From NCBI GenBank assembly GCA_040753215.1, contig JBFMEZ010000013.1, forward strand, positions 1 to 64,000: DNA of 64,000 nucleotides, written 5' to 3'. Under the pieces are notes generated by a model. The model had not been told where the DNA came from. It searched no databases and saw nothing but the letters and a program-made list of their open reading frames with translations. The stretch is from Candidatus Micrarchaeota archaeon. GTDB lineage: Archaea; Micrarchaeota; Micrarchaeia; Anstonellales; Bilamarchaeaceae. The translations under genes and the position numbers were made by a program. Position 1 is the first letter of the stretch, and each line of letters starts with the position of its first letter. Of this stretch, positions 19,533-30,695 are shown piece after piece.

Positions 19533-20618
19533 ATGGGCGTAGAGGAGAAGATAAAGGCGATTGAGGAGGAGCTCCACAAAACGAAAAGGCACAAGGGCAC
19601 GGAGCACCACATAGGGCTTCTGCTGGCAAAGCTCGCGAGGCTGAAAAGGGAAAGGGTGGAGCGCGCGATAAAGAAATCCTCCCTGGGAGGGGGCGGCTTC
19701 GACATAAGGAAGGAAGGGGACGCGACGGTTGTCATGGTGGGGTTCCCGAGCGTGGGCAAATCCACCCTCATCACGAAAATCACGAATGCGAAATCCAAGA
19801 TCGCCGCCTACGAGTTCACCACGCTCGAATGCATACCCGGGATACTGGAATACGGGGGGGCGGGCATACAGATACTCGACCTTCCCGGGATAATCTCCGG
19901 GGCGCAGGCAGGGAAAGGCAAGGGCAGGGAAATACTTTCCGTGGCGCGCAAGGCGGACCTCATACTCATCCTCTTGGAGGCGAACAGCCCCCAGCACTAC
20001 GGTGTGATTAGGAATGAGCTGCAGGAAGTGGGCATAAGGCTGGACGGCCACCCGCCGCGCATAAGCGTGAAGAAAGGCATAAAGGGAGGGATAAGGATAC
20101 ACTCCGCGGTCAAGCTCACGCATCTTACCCCGCAGGCGATAGTCTCCATCCTGAATGAGTACGGTTACCATAACGGGGACATAACATTCGGGGACGATTA
20201 CACCGCTGGCGACCTGATTGACGTGCTGGAGGGGAACCGCGTCTATTGCAAGTCCCTGGTTGCCGTGAACAAGGTTGACCTTACGGGAGGAATACCGCCC
20301 GGCTTCCCGGTCGGGGCTGTCGGCATCTCCGCGGAGAAGGGCGAGGGAATAGAAGAAGTGAAGAAGGCGATTTACGATAAGCTCGGGTTCATGAGGATAT
20401 ATACCAAGCCCCGCACAGGGGAGGTGAAATGGGACGAGCCGATGATACTGCGGAATGGCGCCACGGTGGAGGACATGTGCAGGAAGCTGCCAAAGGGCTT
20501 CCTCAGGGATTTCCGCTATGCGCTTGTATGGGGCAAGAGCGCGAAGTTCCAGGGGCAGAGGGTGGGGCAGGAGCATGCGCTCCAGGACGGGGATGTCGTG
20601 TTCATAGTAAAAAGGTAA
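19533..20618 (+). CDS. DRG/Rbg-family GTPase with TGS domain
   Basis: GFPSVGKS, YEFTT, DLPG, NKVD, WGKSAKF. Confidence 0.95.
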   Translation: MGVEEKIKAIEEELHKTKRHKGTEHHIGLLLAKLARLKRERVERAIKKSSLGGGGFDIRKEGDATVVMVGFPSVGKSTLITKITNAKSKIAAYEFTTLECIPGILEYGGAGIQILDLPGIISGAQAGKGKGREILSVARKADLILILLEANSPQHYGVIRNELQEVGIRLDGHPPRISVKKGIKGGIRIHSAVKLTHLTPQAIVSILNEYGYHNGDITFGDDYTAGDLIDVLEGNRVYCKSLVAVNKVDLTGGIPPGFPVGAVGISAEKGEGIEEVKKAIYDKLGFMRIYTKPRTGEVKWDEPMILRNGATVEDMCRKLPKGFLRDFRYALVWGKSAKFQGQRVGQEHALQDGDVVFIVKR

Positions 20619-20622
20619 TGCA

Positions 20623-20889
20623 ATGCCTACGGAAAAGGAGATACAGCAGGTAATCGAATGGTGCGAGAAAAAGAAGAAGGAGCGCGGGCTGGTCGCATTC
20701 GTTGAGAGGAACGAGCTGAGGGAAAAAATCGCATGGACCTACCGCTTCCCGCTCGTTGAAATAGACCGGCCCACGGATGCGGCGAACAAGAGCAGCCTGG
20801 TGTACGATTCCACGACCCGGACCCTCTTCCAGTATTACATGGGCGAATGGAGGAAGGTGGAGCCGGAAGTGCAGATCAAAATCAAATGA
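20623..20889 (+). CDS. Hypothetical protein
   Basis: 88 aa, operonic with the GTPase, host-like codon use. Confidence 0.65.
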   Translation: MPTEKEIQQVIEWCEKKKKERGLVAFVERNELREKIAWTYRFPLVEIDRPTDAANKSSLVYDSTTRTLFQYYMGEWRKVEPEVQIKIK

Positions 20890-20935
20890 ATGATATAAAT
20901 AAAAACCCGAAGAAGGAAAACAAACCGGTGTTTGG

Positions 20936-21160
20936 ATGGTGCGGGAGCCCACTGAAAAGCTTGTGCGGGAAAGGTCTTATTCCGAGGTTTTCAGGGACAT
21001 AGAGAGAAGGGTGGAGGAGAGGCACGGGGAGCTCACGGGCGTACCCCAGAGGAGGATAGCGGAAAAGCCCGAGGTGCAGGTGGACAGGAAGGCGCAGCAG
21101 CTCGCCGAGAAGCTAGCGGACGCCCTGGACAGGGGGGTGAAGGCGCTTGACAGGTGGTAG
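20936..21160 (+). CDS. Hypothetical protein
   Basis: 74 aa, charged, overlaps the next ORF. Confidence 0.55.
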   Translation: MVREPTEKLVRERSYSEVFRDIERRVEERHGELTGVPQRRIAEKPEVQVDRKAQQLAEKLADALDRGVKALDRW

Positions 21161-21504
21161 GGATGGGGGTATTCGAAGACGTTGATGAGGGTACGAAAAA
21201 GAGGATAGTGAAGGTCTGGGAGAAGATGGGCGAGAAGGACAGGGACTTCTTCGTGGACCAGGTCGCACTCGGGCTCAGCATCTGGGGGAGCGACGAGACC
21301 GGGAAATCCTTCATCGCGAAAATACTTGCGAAGATGATGGAGGACGGCTCGGAGAACCTCTCCGATTTCGGCCTATATGTGGAAAGCATCCTTGGGGAAG
21401 CGAACAAGCGGGAGGACAAGGTGAGGAAGGCCGGCCTGATAATAGACGATTACCGGCTCAGGAACGCCCTCTCTTCTGTCCCGCACAAGGAGATAGGGCT
21501 CTAG
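21154..21504 (+). CDS. Hypothetical protein
   Basis: 116 aa, host-like codon use. Confidence 0.65.
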   Translation: MVGMGVFEDVDEGTKKRIVKVWEKMGEKDRDFFVDQVALGLSIWGSDETGKSFIAKILAKMMEDGSENLSDFGLYVESILGEANKREDKVRKAGLIIDDYRLRNALSSVPHKEIGL

Positions 21505-23105
21505 CCCTCCTTCTTTCTCTTCAAAGCCGCCTTGAGCAGCCCCACGAACAGCGGGGCGGGGGCTTCCAGCCTGCTCTTCAGCTCGGGATGCGCCTGCGTC
21601 CCCATCCCGAACCCGTCCTTCCATTCGCACATCTCCACTATGTTGTTTCTGGGCGAAACGCCGGAAATCATGAGCCCCCCTTCCTCCAGCTTCCCCGCGT
21701 AATTCGGGTTAACCTCATACCTGTGCCTGTGCCTCTCGCTTATCTCCTTCTTCCCATACAGCTCGAATGCTTTCGTCCCCTCCTTCAGGATGCAGGGGTA
21801 AGCCCCCAGCCGCATGGTCGCCCCCTTCTCTATTATGCTCACCTGCTCCGGCAGTATGTCAATGACCGGGTGCGGCGTCTCCTTCTCTATCTCTGTTGAA
21901 TTCGCCCCTTTCAGCCCGCACACGTTCCTCGCATACTCCACTACCATGAGCTGCATCCCCAGGCACAGCCCGAGGTAAGGAACTCCGTTCTCCCTGCAAT
22001 ATTGAATCGCCCTTATCTTGCCCTCCGTGCCCCTCTTCCCGAACCCCCCGGGCACGATTATCGCATCATGCTTTTCCAGCTCCTTTGTGCCCTTTTCCTC
22101 AATATCCGTGGATTCCACGAAATCCATTCTCACGTGCGCGTTCACCACCGCGCCGGAGTGCACCAGCGCCTCCCTGATGCTCACATACGCATCGCTCACC
22201 GAGGTGTACTTTCCCACCACCCCGACGCGCAGCTCCACGGTCGGCTTAAGTATCCTCCCAACCAGCCTGTCCCAGTCGCTCTCCTCCAGCGCTTCCTTGC
22301 GCAGCTCCAGCCTGTCCGCAAGCACTTCATACAGGTTCTGCTTCTCCAGCATCTCGGGCAGCTGGTAGACGGTCTGCACGAACGGGTCGTCAAGCACGTT
22401 TTCCATCGGCACGTTGCAGTAGAGGCTTATCTTCTCCTTCGCATCCTTGCTGAGCGGCTCGTCGCCCCTGCATATGACTATCTCCGGCCTCACCCCCATG
22501 CTTTGTATCAGGCGGTTCGCGTGCTGGGTGGGCTTGGTCTTGAGCTCACCCCTCCCCAGCGTGGGGACGAAGGTGAGCTGCATGAAAAGCAGGTCCCTGC
22601 CCACTTCGTATGCGAGCTGCCTCATCGCCTCTATGAAATACCCGTTTTCCAGGTCCCCTACTGTCCCGCCCACTTCAATAAGCACTATGTCCGCCTTCTC
22701 CTCCTCCCCGATGCCCTTTACCCAGCCCTTTATCTCGTCCGTGAGGTGCGGGACGAACTGCACATCCCTACCGAGATAGTCCCCGCGCCTCTCTTTCTCT
22801 ATAATCCTTTTGAACAGCTTGCCTCCGGTTATGCTGGATCTCCCCGTGAGGGACTGATTAAGGAACCTCTCGTAGGTCCCGAAGTCCATGTCCACTTCCG
22901 AGCCGTCATCAAGCACGAAAACCTCGCCGTGCCTGAACGGGTTCATCGTCCCGCAGTCCACGTTCAGGTATCCGTCAAATTTTATGGGCAGCACTTTATA
23001 CCCGCGCTTCTTGAGCAGCCTTGCGATAGAAGAAGAGAGGATGCCTTTCCCGAGGCCGGACATTATCGAACCTAGGACAACAATATACTTCGACTTGTGT
23101 GCCAT
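21501..23105 (-). CDS. pyrG: CTP synthase
   Basis: SGLGKG, HGEVFV, GGTVGD, KTKPTQH, GLCLGMQ, RHRHRYE, HPE. Confidence 0.97.
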   Translation of the reverse strand: MAHKSKYIVVLGSIMSGLGKGILSSSIARLLKKRGYKVLPIKFDGYLNVDCGTMNPFRHGEVFVLDDGSEVDMDFGTYERFLNQSLTGRSSITGGKLFKRIIEKERRGDYLGRDVQFVPHLTDEIKGWVKGIGEEEKADIVLIEVGGTVGDLENGYFIEAMRQLAYEVGRDLLFMQLTFVPTLGRGELKTKPTQHANRLIQSMGVRPEIVICRGDEPLSKDAKEKISLYCNVPMENVLDDPFVQTVYQLPEMLEKQNLYEVLADRLELRKEALEESDWDRLVGRILKPTVELRVGVVGKYTSVSDAYVSIREALVHSGAVVNAHVRMDFVESTDIEEKGTKELEKHDAIIVPGGFGKRGTEGKIRAIQYCRENGVPYLGLCLGMQLMVVEYARNVCGLKGANSTEIEKETPHPVIDILPEQVSIIEKGATMRLGAYPCILKEGTKAFELYGKKEISERHRHRYEVNPNYAGKLEEGGLMISGVSPRNNIVEMCEWKDGFGMGTQAHPELKSRLEAPAPLFVGLLKAALKRKKEG

Positions 23106-23153
23106 AGGTATATGTATTATATTTTACCTTTTTAAATCATTTTCGGTTTTGCA

Positions 23154-23702
23154 ATGCTTCCTTCACTGAACGAAATAAAAAAGAGGCGCGTTTCGCTGGG
23201 GCTCACTCAGGGAAGGCTCGCGAAGCTCGCGGGAATCTCCCAGTCCCTGGTCGCGAAGATAGAGAGCGGCAAGGCGGACCCGTCCTACTCAAATGCGGGA
23301 AAGATTTTTGAGGCGCTGGATTCCCTGCATGCAAAAGAAGAGAAAAAGGCGGAGCAGATAATGGCCTCTCCGGTACTCTGCGCGAAGCCGTCTGAACAGG
23401 TCGGAAGGGCGCTTTCGCTCATGCGGGAGAAGGGGATTTCCCAGCTGCCCGTAGTTGATGGGGGCGTGGTCGTAGGAACGATTTCTGAGAATGCAATCCT
23501 CTCATTGCTGGAAAAGGGCTACAGGATGGAGGATGTGAGGAAGACGGCGGTAAGTTCGGTTATTGAGCCGTCGCTCCCGCAGGTCGGGAGGGGCACCCGC
23601 TATTCCGCCGTCATCTCCCTGCTGAAAGAAAACCCCGCAATCCTGGTAGTAGAAAAAGGGAAAATTTTAGGAATAATAACGAAGGCGGACCTCGTCCGCT
23701 AG
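23154..23702 (+). CDS. XRE-HTH + CBS-pair regulator
   Basis: LTQGRLAKLAGISQSLVAKIESG, ISQLPV, GIITKAD. Confidence 0.9.
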   Translation: MLPSLNEIKKRRVSLGLTQGRLAKLAGISQSLVAKIESGKADPSYSNAGKIFEALDSLHAKEEKKAEQIMASPVLCAKPSEQVGRALSLMREKGISQLPVVDGGVVVGTISENAILSLLEKGYRMEDVRKTAVSSVIEPSLPQVGRGTRYSAVISLLKENPAILVVEKGKILGIITKADLVR

Positions 23703-24553
23703 AATGTCACGAAGAGCTGGTTCCCGAAAACCAGCGCAAGGATTAATCCGATGAAAAGGAAAGGGAGGAAGGGAGGCAAATTCGCATAAATCCACACGGA
23801 CTTCGTGCCGCTCTTCTTCAATGCCTCTATGTCTTTCGGGCCCAGCACGTTCCCTATGCCCATCTTCTTCATGTGCGCGTCCATCCTTTCTTTTACCAGC
23901 ACGTCCTCCGGCTCCAAATCCTTCACGACCACCTGCTCCATCGCCGCCTCCATTATCGCATCCCTGTACACGAGGAATATTATTGAGGAGAGCAGGAGCA
24001 CCGAGGCGATTGCGAAATACGCCATGGAGAAGAAAGGGGCGTTGAAGAACATGTATGCGAAGAGCCCGTAGAGCAGGAAGAGGGAAAGGTAGATGTAATT
24101 CGGCTTCGCCTTGGTTTTCCTTTTTGAGAGTATTCCCGCAAAATAGAATATTGCGTACACCGCAAAAGCCGCGCCCCCGAAAATCAGCACCGAGAATATG
24201 AGCGGATAATTGAACGGCACCATCAGGTAGGATGGGTGTATCGGCAGAAGCAGCACCAGCGCCGCGATTATGAAGACGTCCGCGCCCCCTATCTGCCCCA
24301 GCCGGTACATCGCGAATCCCAGTGCAAAGAGAATAAATGCGAGCACCACCGCGTATATGAAAACATCATAGTCGAAGAACACCCCGTTGAAGAGGAATGC
24401 GACCGCCAAAAATGCATAGAGGAATTTCTCAGGCACGTTCCTGTTGTTGAACAAATCATAATAGGTCCCAATAGCCATCCCGAGGAGCGCAAGGAAAATC
24501 CTCGCGGTCTCCATGGGCATCACAATGGGAGAGAACAACAGTCTTTCGAGCAT
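23699..24553 (-). CDS. Prepilin/prearchaellin peptidase (A24)
   Basis: YYD, IGGAD, LPPFLPFL, multiple TM helices. Confidence 0.85.
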   Translation of the reverse strand: MLERLLFSPIVMPMETARIFLALLGMAIGTYYDLFNNRNVPEKFLYAFLAVAFLFNGVFFDYDVFIYAVVLAFILFALGFAMYRLGQIGGADVFIIAALVLLLPIHPSYLMVPFNYPLIFSVLIFGGAAFAVYAIFYFAGILSKRKTKAKPNYIYLSLFLLYGLFAYMFFNAPFFSMAYFAIASVLLLSSIIFLVYRDAIMEAAMEQVVVKDLEPEDVLVKERMDAHMKKMGIGNVLGPKDIEALKKSGTKSVWIYANLPPFLPFLFIGLILALVFGNQLFVTF

Positions 24554-24584
24554 ACTCCCACTTCTTTGTCCCCCTTAAAATACT

Positions 24585-25676
24585 TTATCCCAGAACCAAA
24601 TCCAGGAAATCGTCCTCTATTTTCACTACTGCAAGCTTTTTGCAGAAGCACCCCTTTCCCAACAATGAAGAGAAAGACGGCTCCGTCCTCCCCTCGTCCC
24701 CGCTTATTAGCTCCTTTATGTACGTCCCCGCATCCGCGCGGATGTCTGCAACTATAAATTCCCCTTCCATCTCCGCCCGCACCGCTTCCGCGTGCCTCTC
24801 CCTGATTTTGTCCGCCCTCCTGTGCATCACCCGCACCGGAGTCTTCTGCTTCAAAATCCCGGAGAAGCCCCTTATTTTCTCCAAGTCCTTATCCGCAGCG
24901 CCTCCATTCACCTCAATCCATGCCCTATACGTCTTCGGGAAATGGGAATCCGCAACAAGCTCCACATCCCCCCGCCCCACCCTGCGCAAACCCGAAACCT
25001 CCACTTCCCCGCCCGCCGCAATCTCCTTCCTTATACCCTCCAAATCCAGCTTCCTAATCTCAGGATTTGACAGTTCCAGCACAAATGGCCTCCCCGCCGT
25101 ATTCACTACATCCACATCCTCGCGCCCGGATGCGTGCATGCAGAAAGAACCCCTCGTCCGTTTCACAAAAGGTTCCCCGATAATCTCCTCCACCGAGCGG
25201 TACATCCTTCCCTCGCCATTGCATCTTTCGCACCCTCTTCCGAAGCATTTCTTGCAATCCCATTTAGTCTGGGAAAGCCCTTCCTTCAGTTTTTTATAAC
25301 GGCCAAAGAAGAAGAGGGGCTCAGGTTCCCTCCTCGCCGTAAAGGAGCGGAAATCAAACATTATCCTTCCATCCCCGCCCGAAGGGTCATACTTCCTTCC
25401 AGAAATAGCCGCAACCCTTTCAGAAAAGAACCTGTTCGCATAAGTTTTGATGCTCTCTCCCGGAGAATAATCAAACGCCTTCTCTTCCGCAGCAAGCACT
25501 GCCCGCGGAATAGTAGTGGATACGGAAAAGGAATCCCAGTCCCCTCCAACAAGGAGCCCCCCTTTCTCCGCAAGCTCGCCGAGCTTCGCTACCTTTCCAC
25601 CGCAGATTGCGCATTCACCAATAGGAAAATCCTCCTTCTCAAACCTGGATGCGCACTCCTTGCAGAGTGAAATCAT
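24585..25676 (-). CDS. pus10: tRNA pseudouridine(54/55) synthase Pus10
   Basis: GRYKKL, HASGREDVD, GRPFV, QKTP.RV.HRRAD, AGTYIKE. Confidence 0.92.
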   Translation of the reverse strand: MISLCKECASRFEKEDFPIGECAICGGKVAKLGELAEKGGLLVGGDWDSFSVSTTIPRAVLAAEEKAFDYSPGESIKTYANRFFSERVAAISGRKYDPSGGDGRIMFDFRSFTARREPEPLFFFGRYKKLKEGLSQTKWDCKKCFGRGCERCNGEGRMYRSVEEIIGEPFVKRTRGSFCMHASGREDVDVVNTAGRPFVLELSNPEIRKLDLEGIRKEIAAGGEVEVSGLRRVGRGDVELVADSHFPKTYRAWIEVNGGAADKDLEKIRGFSGILKQKTPVRVMHRRADKIRERHAEAVRAEMEGEFIVADIRADAGTYIKELISGDEGRTEPSFSSLLGKGCFCKKLAVVKIEDDFLDLVLG

Positions 25677-26077
25677 TTCCGTACCTTCTTGAACTTGAAC
25701 CCGTAGTGGATGAGCCCCTCCGGGTCGTCGCTCTGTATCCTCCTGAAGGCCATCTCCACCTCGTCGCCTATCGCAACATCTTTTCCGAGCACATCCACGA
25801 TTTCCGCGGTGCAGCGCGCCCCCTCAGCCAATTCCACAATCGCCATCACGTAGGGTATCTGGTCCTCAAAGCCGGCGGGAGGCGCATGGATTTCGGTGAA
25901 CGAGAACACCCTTCCCCTTCCGGAGAACTGGTATGCCTCAACCTTGCCCTTCCTCCTGCATTTGGGGCACACGTGCCTTGCAGGGAAATAGTACCCGTTG
26001 CAGTTCTTGCATGCAGTCCCTAGCAGCCTGTACCTGTCCGGGATTTTTCTCCACGTAAGCGGAATGGATTCCTTCAT
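25673..26077 (-). CDS. DUF35 Zn-ribbon/OB-fold scaffold protein
   Basis: CKNC..FPAR..CPKC, YGFKF; next to thiolase. Confidence 0.9.
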   Translation of the reverse strand: MKESIPLTWRKIPDRYRLLGTACKNCNGYYFPARHVCPKCRRKGKVEAYQFSGRGRVFSFTEIHAPPAGFEDQIPYVMAIVELAEGARCTAEIVDVLGKDVAIGDEVEMAFRRIQSDDPEGLIHYGFKFKKVRK

Positions 26078-27241
26078 CTAATTCACCCTCCGGTATACGT
26101 GCACAACAGCGGTGGCCCCGCTGCCCCCGACATTGTGGGACAATCCGATGTCCGCCCCGGAAACCTGCCTCTTTCCCGCCTCTCCCTGCAGCTGCCAGGC
26201 GATTTCCACCGCCTGCTTCACCCCGGTGGCGCCCACTGGGTGCCCCGCGGCCTTAAGCCCGCCGCTCGTATTCACCGCAACCTTGCCCCCAATCCGCGTC
26301 TCTCCATTAAGGGAGGCCTCCCCTCCCTTCCCCTTCGGGAAGAAGCCCAAATCCTCAACCGCCATCAGCTCCGCAATCGTGAAGCAGTCGTGCACCTCAG
26401 CAACCTTCACCTGGGAGGGGGAAATGCCTGCCTGCCTGTACGCGGATTGCGCCGCAATCTGCGCCGCCTTAATCCCAGTTATGGAGCTCCTGTTGTGCAG
26501 GGTAATGGTGTCGCTCGCCTGCGCGCTCGCCGCAACCTCAATCGGGGTATCCGTATATTTCTTCGCATTCTCGAGTGGAGCGAGCACCACCGCCGCCGCC
26601 CCGTCCGTGAGCGGGGAGCAGTCCAGTATCTTAAGCGGGTCCGCAACCATCTTGGAATCCAGTACTTCCTGGATGGTAATCTCATTCTGGAACTGCGCGA
26701 GCGGGTTCATGCTCCCGTGCTTGTGGTTTTTCACAGCAACCGAGGCGAGCATCTCCTCCGTGGCCCTGTAATCGTGCATGTACTTCCTCGCCATCATCGC
26801 ATACAATCCGGGGAAAGTAGCCCCAAGGAAAAGCTCCCATTCCTGGTCCCCCGCGCCCCCGAGAATTTCGCTCACTTCCGCGGTGTCCAGGTCGGTCATC
26901 TTCTCCACCCCCCCCACGACCACCACGTCGTGCATCCCGGAAGCGACAGCCATTATCCCCTGGCGAAGTGCAAGGCTTCCGGATGCGCAAGCCCCCTCAA
27001 CCCTTGTAATCGGAATAGGATTCAGCCCCATGTAATCCGCAATCAGGGCCCCTGTGTGCTCCTGCCCGATAAGGCTCCCCGCAGCCATAGTCCCCACATA
27101 ACCTGCGGAAATCTCTGCACCGGACATGCCTGCGTCCTCCAGTGCCTTCACCCCTGCTTCCGTAACAAGGTCCCTGAAGCCGCGCTCCCAGTGCTCACCG
27201 AACTTCGTCATTCCCACTCCTACAATCGCAACCTTCCTCAT
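26078..27241 (-). CDS. Archaeal acetoacetyl-CoA thiolase
   Basis: [30 protein letters not shown]. Confidence 0.93.
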   Translation of the reverse strand: MRKVAIVGVGMTKFGEHWERGFRDLVTEAGVKALEDAGMSGAEISAGYVGTMAAGSLIGQEHTGALIADYMGLNPIPITRVEGACASGSLALRQGIMAVASGMHDVVVVGGVEKMTDLDTAEVSEILGGAGDQEWELFLGATFPGLYAMMARKYMHDYRATEEMLASVAVKNHKHGSMNPLAQFQNEITIQEVLDSKMVADPLKILDCSPLTDGAAAVVLAPLENAKKYTDTPIEVAASAQASDTITLHNRSSITGIKAAQIAAQSAYRQAGISPSQVKVAEVHDCFTIAELMAVEDLGFFPKGKGGEASLNGETRIGGKVAVNTSGGLKAAGHPVGATGVKQAVEIAWQLQGEAGKRQVSGADIGLSHNVGGSGATAVVHVYRRVN

Positions 27242-27250
27242 GAAAACCAC

Positions 27251-28291
27251 TCACATGCCTTTGAATTTCCTCCTGTACTTCGCGTAGGCCGCGTAATCCA
27301 GGTATTCCTTCTGCTGTATGAAATGGGATGCGGGCTTCCCCCTCTCCCTGTTCCTTATGTTCTCCGTAACCCGGATGGAAAAAGCATCGCTTCCCGCCCC
27401 GCTCCCGAACGAGGTCACGAAAATCCTGTCCCCCGCCTTCGCAACGTCAAGAACGTTCGCAAGCCCCAGCGGAGATGCCCCGGAATATGTATTCCCGATA
27501 TAGGGGGTGAGCAATCCCTCCTCTATCTTCCCATTCGGGACCCCGAGCATCTTCGCAACCGCCCTCGGAAACTTCCCGTTCGGCTGGTGGAACACGAAAT
27601 AGTCGTAATCCTCTACTTTAGCATTCATCTTCTTCATCAGCCCGAGCGATGCGCTCTTCACATGCCTGAAATAAGCCGGGGGGCCGGTGAACCTCCCCCC
27701 GTGCGATGGGTAGTCCGCCTTGTTCCTCCTCCAGAAATCCGGAGTGTCCGTGGTGAAGGAATAAGTATCCTCAATTATCGCGAGGGATTCCGCATCCTTG
27801 CCTATAATGTAGGCCGCGGCCCCGCACCCGGTGGAATATTCCAGCGCATCCCCGGGCCTTCCCTGGGAAGTATCCGAGCCGATTGCCATCCCATACTCAA
27901 TCATCCCGGCTCCCACGAGCCCCATGCACATCTGCATCCCTGCAGTCCCTGCCTTGCACGCGAATTCCAGGTCCGCCGCAGTAAGTTCGGGGACAGCGCC
28001 GATGGCCTCCGCAACAATGGTTGCAGTGGGCTTCACCGCATAGGGGTGGGATTCGCTGCCCACATACAAAGCCCCCAGTTTCCTAGGGGAGATTCCCGCG
28101 CGCTGTACCGCAATCTTCGCCGCCTCGACCGCGAGGGTCGCCGCATCCTCATCATTGGAGGCGACCGCCTTCTCGTGTATCCCAAGCCCGTTCTTTATGC
28201 GGTCCGGGTCCTCGCCCCAGACCTTCGCAATCACTTCGCTCTTGATCCTGTATTTCGGCACATAAGCGCCATATCCGACAATTCCGACCAT
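27251..28291 (-). CDS. Hydroxymethylglutaryl-CoA synthase
   Basis: [28 protein letters not shown]; start at MVGIVGYG. Confidence 0.95.
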   Translation of the reverse strand: MVGIVGYGAYVPKYRIKSEVIAKVWGEDPDRIKNGLGIHEKAVASNDEDAATLAVEAAKIAVQRAGISPRKLGALYVGSESHPYAVKPTATIVAEAIGAVPELTAADLEFACKAGTAGMQMCMGLVGAGMIEYGMAIGSDTSQGRPGDALEYSTGCGAAAYIIGKDAESLAIIEDTYSFTTDTPDFWRRNKADYPSHGGRFTGPPAYFRHVKSASLGLMKKMNAKVEDYDYFVFHQPNGKFPRAVAKMLGVPNGKIEEGLLTPYIGNTYSGASPLGLANVLDVAKAGDRIFVTSFGSGAGSDAFSIRVTENIRNRERGKPASHFIQQKEYLDYAAYAKYRRKFKGM

Positions 28292-28299
28292 AGAATCAT

Positions 28300-28345
28300 T
28301 CCGTTTTCCGTTTTCGGTTTCCAGTTTCGCGTTTTGTTTCCGTTT
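28300..28345. repeat. Degenerate heptamer tandem tract
   Basis: ccgtttt ccgtttt cggtttc cagtttc gcgtttt. Confidence 0.75.
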
Positions 28346-28541
28346 TTTGCTCTTCAGCCGGCTCATTCTTCACCGGAATCATCTGCAATTTTGAGAAAAA
28401 GAGCGGTTTCCCGTAAGCCTTCTGAGCTTCTGCCATAAGGACACATCTTATATCTTATTCAATCTCTCCAGAGAAAACGCGGAGGGGAGCACCCCTCCCC
28501 ATTTTCTTCTATCTTTCAGCCCCTCCCCCATCATCATTACC

Positions 28542-29231
28542 TCATATCTTGTTCAGTCGCTCTTTTATTTGGCTCACTTCCAGATTTGTAGCCACTAAGG
28601 GGATCTGCTCCCTCTCCGCAATCTTCACGGCCAGCTTGTCAACCTTTTTCTTGTCCAGCCCGTGCAAAATTACTGAAGAGGGCTTGGATGGGCTGAGCCG
28701 AATCACGACCATCGGGCTCCTGCCCGTGGAAACACCGGTGAATATCATCGCCCTCTCATTCATGTTTCCGTATATTCCCGTAAAGAAGTTTGATGGCATC
28801 TCCAGTATTACCTTAATAGAATCTATAAGGGTATACCCATAGAGCTTCTTCCCCTCAAGATGCTCCGCACCGCTGAGCACCTCCCCGTCAATCAGCTTCA
28901 CGAAATCCCCAAGGTCCACGCTCCGGGCGAATTCGTGCACCTCAAAATACTCTTCAGTGGAGGATTTCCCCTCCGTAAGCTTCTGCGCAATGCCACCGCC
29001 CCGGGCCGCATCCAGCTCAAGGAGCGCGTTCACAAACCTCTTTATGATTCCGGCTCCGGGAGATTTCCTCCTGTTGCTTTCGTAATCGCTAATGGTTGAA
29101 ACGCTGATTTTCAGGTGCTTGGAAAGCTCTGCCTGCGTTATGCCGAATATCTCCCTCCACTTCTTCATCGTGGAGCCCGGGTCCTCGGACAGGCTTATCT
29201 CCCCGGCTATCTTCAGCTTTAGTTTGTCCAT
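28542..29231 (-). CDS. Conserved archaeal XRE-HTH regulator
   Basis: IAGEI, KKWREIFGITQ, ISDYE.RRKSPG, VSTGRSPMV. Confidence 0.85.
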   Translation of the reverse strand: MDKLKLKIAGEISLSEDPGSTMKKWREIFGITQAELSKHLKISVSTISDYESNRRKSPGAGIIKRFVNALLELDAARGGGIAQKLTEGKSSTEEYFEVHEFARSVDLGDFVKLIDGEVLSGAEHLEGKKLYGYTLIDSIKVILEMPSNFFTGIYGNMNERAMIFTGVSTGRSPMVVIRLSPSKPSSVILHGLDKKKVDKLAVKIAEREQIPLVATNLEVSQIKERLNKI

Positions 29232-29372
29232 CTAATCACGGTTTTCTGCCTGGGTTTCCAGTTTCCGGTTAACAGTTTCCAGAAGCTGAACAGCAGAATC
29301 CACAGTTAATTCGTCCCAAACCCTATTAAAAGCTTCCTATCTGCCATATAGATATACGTTAAAAGACGAAAA

Positions 29373-30695
29373 TTACAGATATGCGCCACGTTGTTTCCCA
29401 ACCACTTCAGGATCCAGTCTTGCAAGCCACTCTTTATACTCCGCTTCCAGCCCTAGGCTGCGGACGGCCTCCATCTCGGCTTCAATCGCTTTCTCGTGGG
29501 ATCTCGTCCGCCCCTCCACAAATTCGTGATAGGCGACTATTTGGCGTAAATTCTCAGGCACATCTTCAGAAATAGCAATTGCACGCTCATTCACCCTCCC
29601 ATGGTTATCTAACACCTTCGCGGGGAGCAGGAAATATTTGAACCGATTTCCCATGACCTCCGTTTCAATCAGGCGCCCCTCGCAGGCGGCCATGAAATAC
29701 CTGTATGTCAAAAGATGATTGAATATGACCATGTCATACATGCCTGGCTTGATACGTTCCTCAAGCAGCCTGCGCGATTCAGGAGTGAGAATCCCCACCA
29801 GCTTTTCCATATCCACCGCTGGTGCGATGTTAACAAAAGTGGATGCGAACCGCGGGTTTTTTCCGATGTGGCGGTTTATTGCCCGCGCTATGTGCCCGGT
29901 CGCATCCCACAATTCATTCCCGTTTAATCTGCCGATCTGGTCCAGCACGGCTTTGGCTGCGCGCCCATCCCTCTCCCTCGCCAGCATCCCCAGCACCAGC
30001 GTGCCCGACTTTTCGGTAAAGCCGATGAAAAAGAGTGCCGTTTGCCACCTGATGCTGCTGTCAGCGTCGGAGAGGAGGGGTTTCAGCGTTTCCACAACCC
30101 TTTCTTTTTCCTGCGGGCATTTTCCGCAAAGGCCGCTTATCCCCGCAAGCACGTCATAAATGTACTCCCCGCCCTCTTCCAGTGCCCGCCCAAGCAGGAA
30201 TCCAAGCAGTTCCGGCTTCCCTATATGGCCTAACTCCTGGTACGCCATGGACTTTGTTTTGCCGCTGGAGCCGCATGCTATGGCTGCAAACAGGTCTGTG
30301 ATAGCCTCCCTTTCCCTTCCAACGTAACCCTCGAACTCAAGCATGCTGCGGAGTGTTGCGTCATCCGTTTTTTCCACAAAATCTGCCGCCACCACAATGT
30401 CGTCTTTCGTCATCCTGGGAGAATTCCCAAATACCGCTTCAATACTCTCAAGACTCCAGGTTGCGGCTTGTTTGGCCAATTCCTTGCAATTGTTTCTTTC
30501 GTCGTCCAGAATGTGCACCTGCCTGAGGCAGGCCTCGCGGTCCATTCTAACGAGCTTCGGCATCTCCCTCTTCCCGCCGCCTTCCAATTCAGCTATGGGA
30601 TTCTCCCCGCTGAATTTCTTTCGCCGGGGTTTTCCTGCGGGCTTGCCGCTATGTGCATGTGCAATTTCTTTAGGGCATCCGCTGGCATCTTTCAC
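29373..30695 (-). CDS. Orphan protein with HEAT-like repeats and a C-terminal HExxE motif
   Basis: LLSDADSSIRWQTA; AYHEFVE..SHEKA. Confidence 0.6.
   Translation of the reverse strand: MKDASGCPKEIAHAHSGKPAGKPRRKKFSGENPIAELEGGGKREMPKLVRMDREACLRQVHILDDERNNCKELAKQAATWSLESIEAVFGNSPRMTKDDIVVAADFVEKTDDATLRSMLEFEGYVGREREAITDLFAAIACGSSGKTKSMAYQELGHIGKPELLGFLLGRALEEGGEYIYDVLAGISGLCGKCPQEKERVVETLKPLLSDADSSIRWQTALFFIGFTEKSGTLVLGMLARERDGRAAKAVLDQIGRLNGNELWDATGHIARAINRHIGKNPRFASTFVNIAPAVDMEKLVGILTPESRRLLEERIKPGMYDMVIFNHLLTYRYFMAACEGRLIETEVMGNRFKYFLLPAKVLDNHGRVNERAIAISEDVPENLRQIVAYHEFVEGRTRSHEKAIEAEMEAVRSLGLEAEYKEWLARLDPEVVGKQRGAYL

Noticed and set aside
26099..28438. 779-aa plus-strand ORF and other long antisense ORFs (e.g. 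17243-18709, 22002-23075, 19419-20576)
   Set aside because: Shadow frames opposite well-conserved genes, with no motifs of their own
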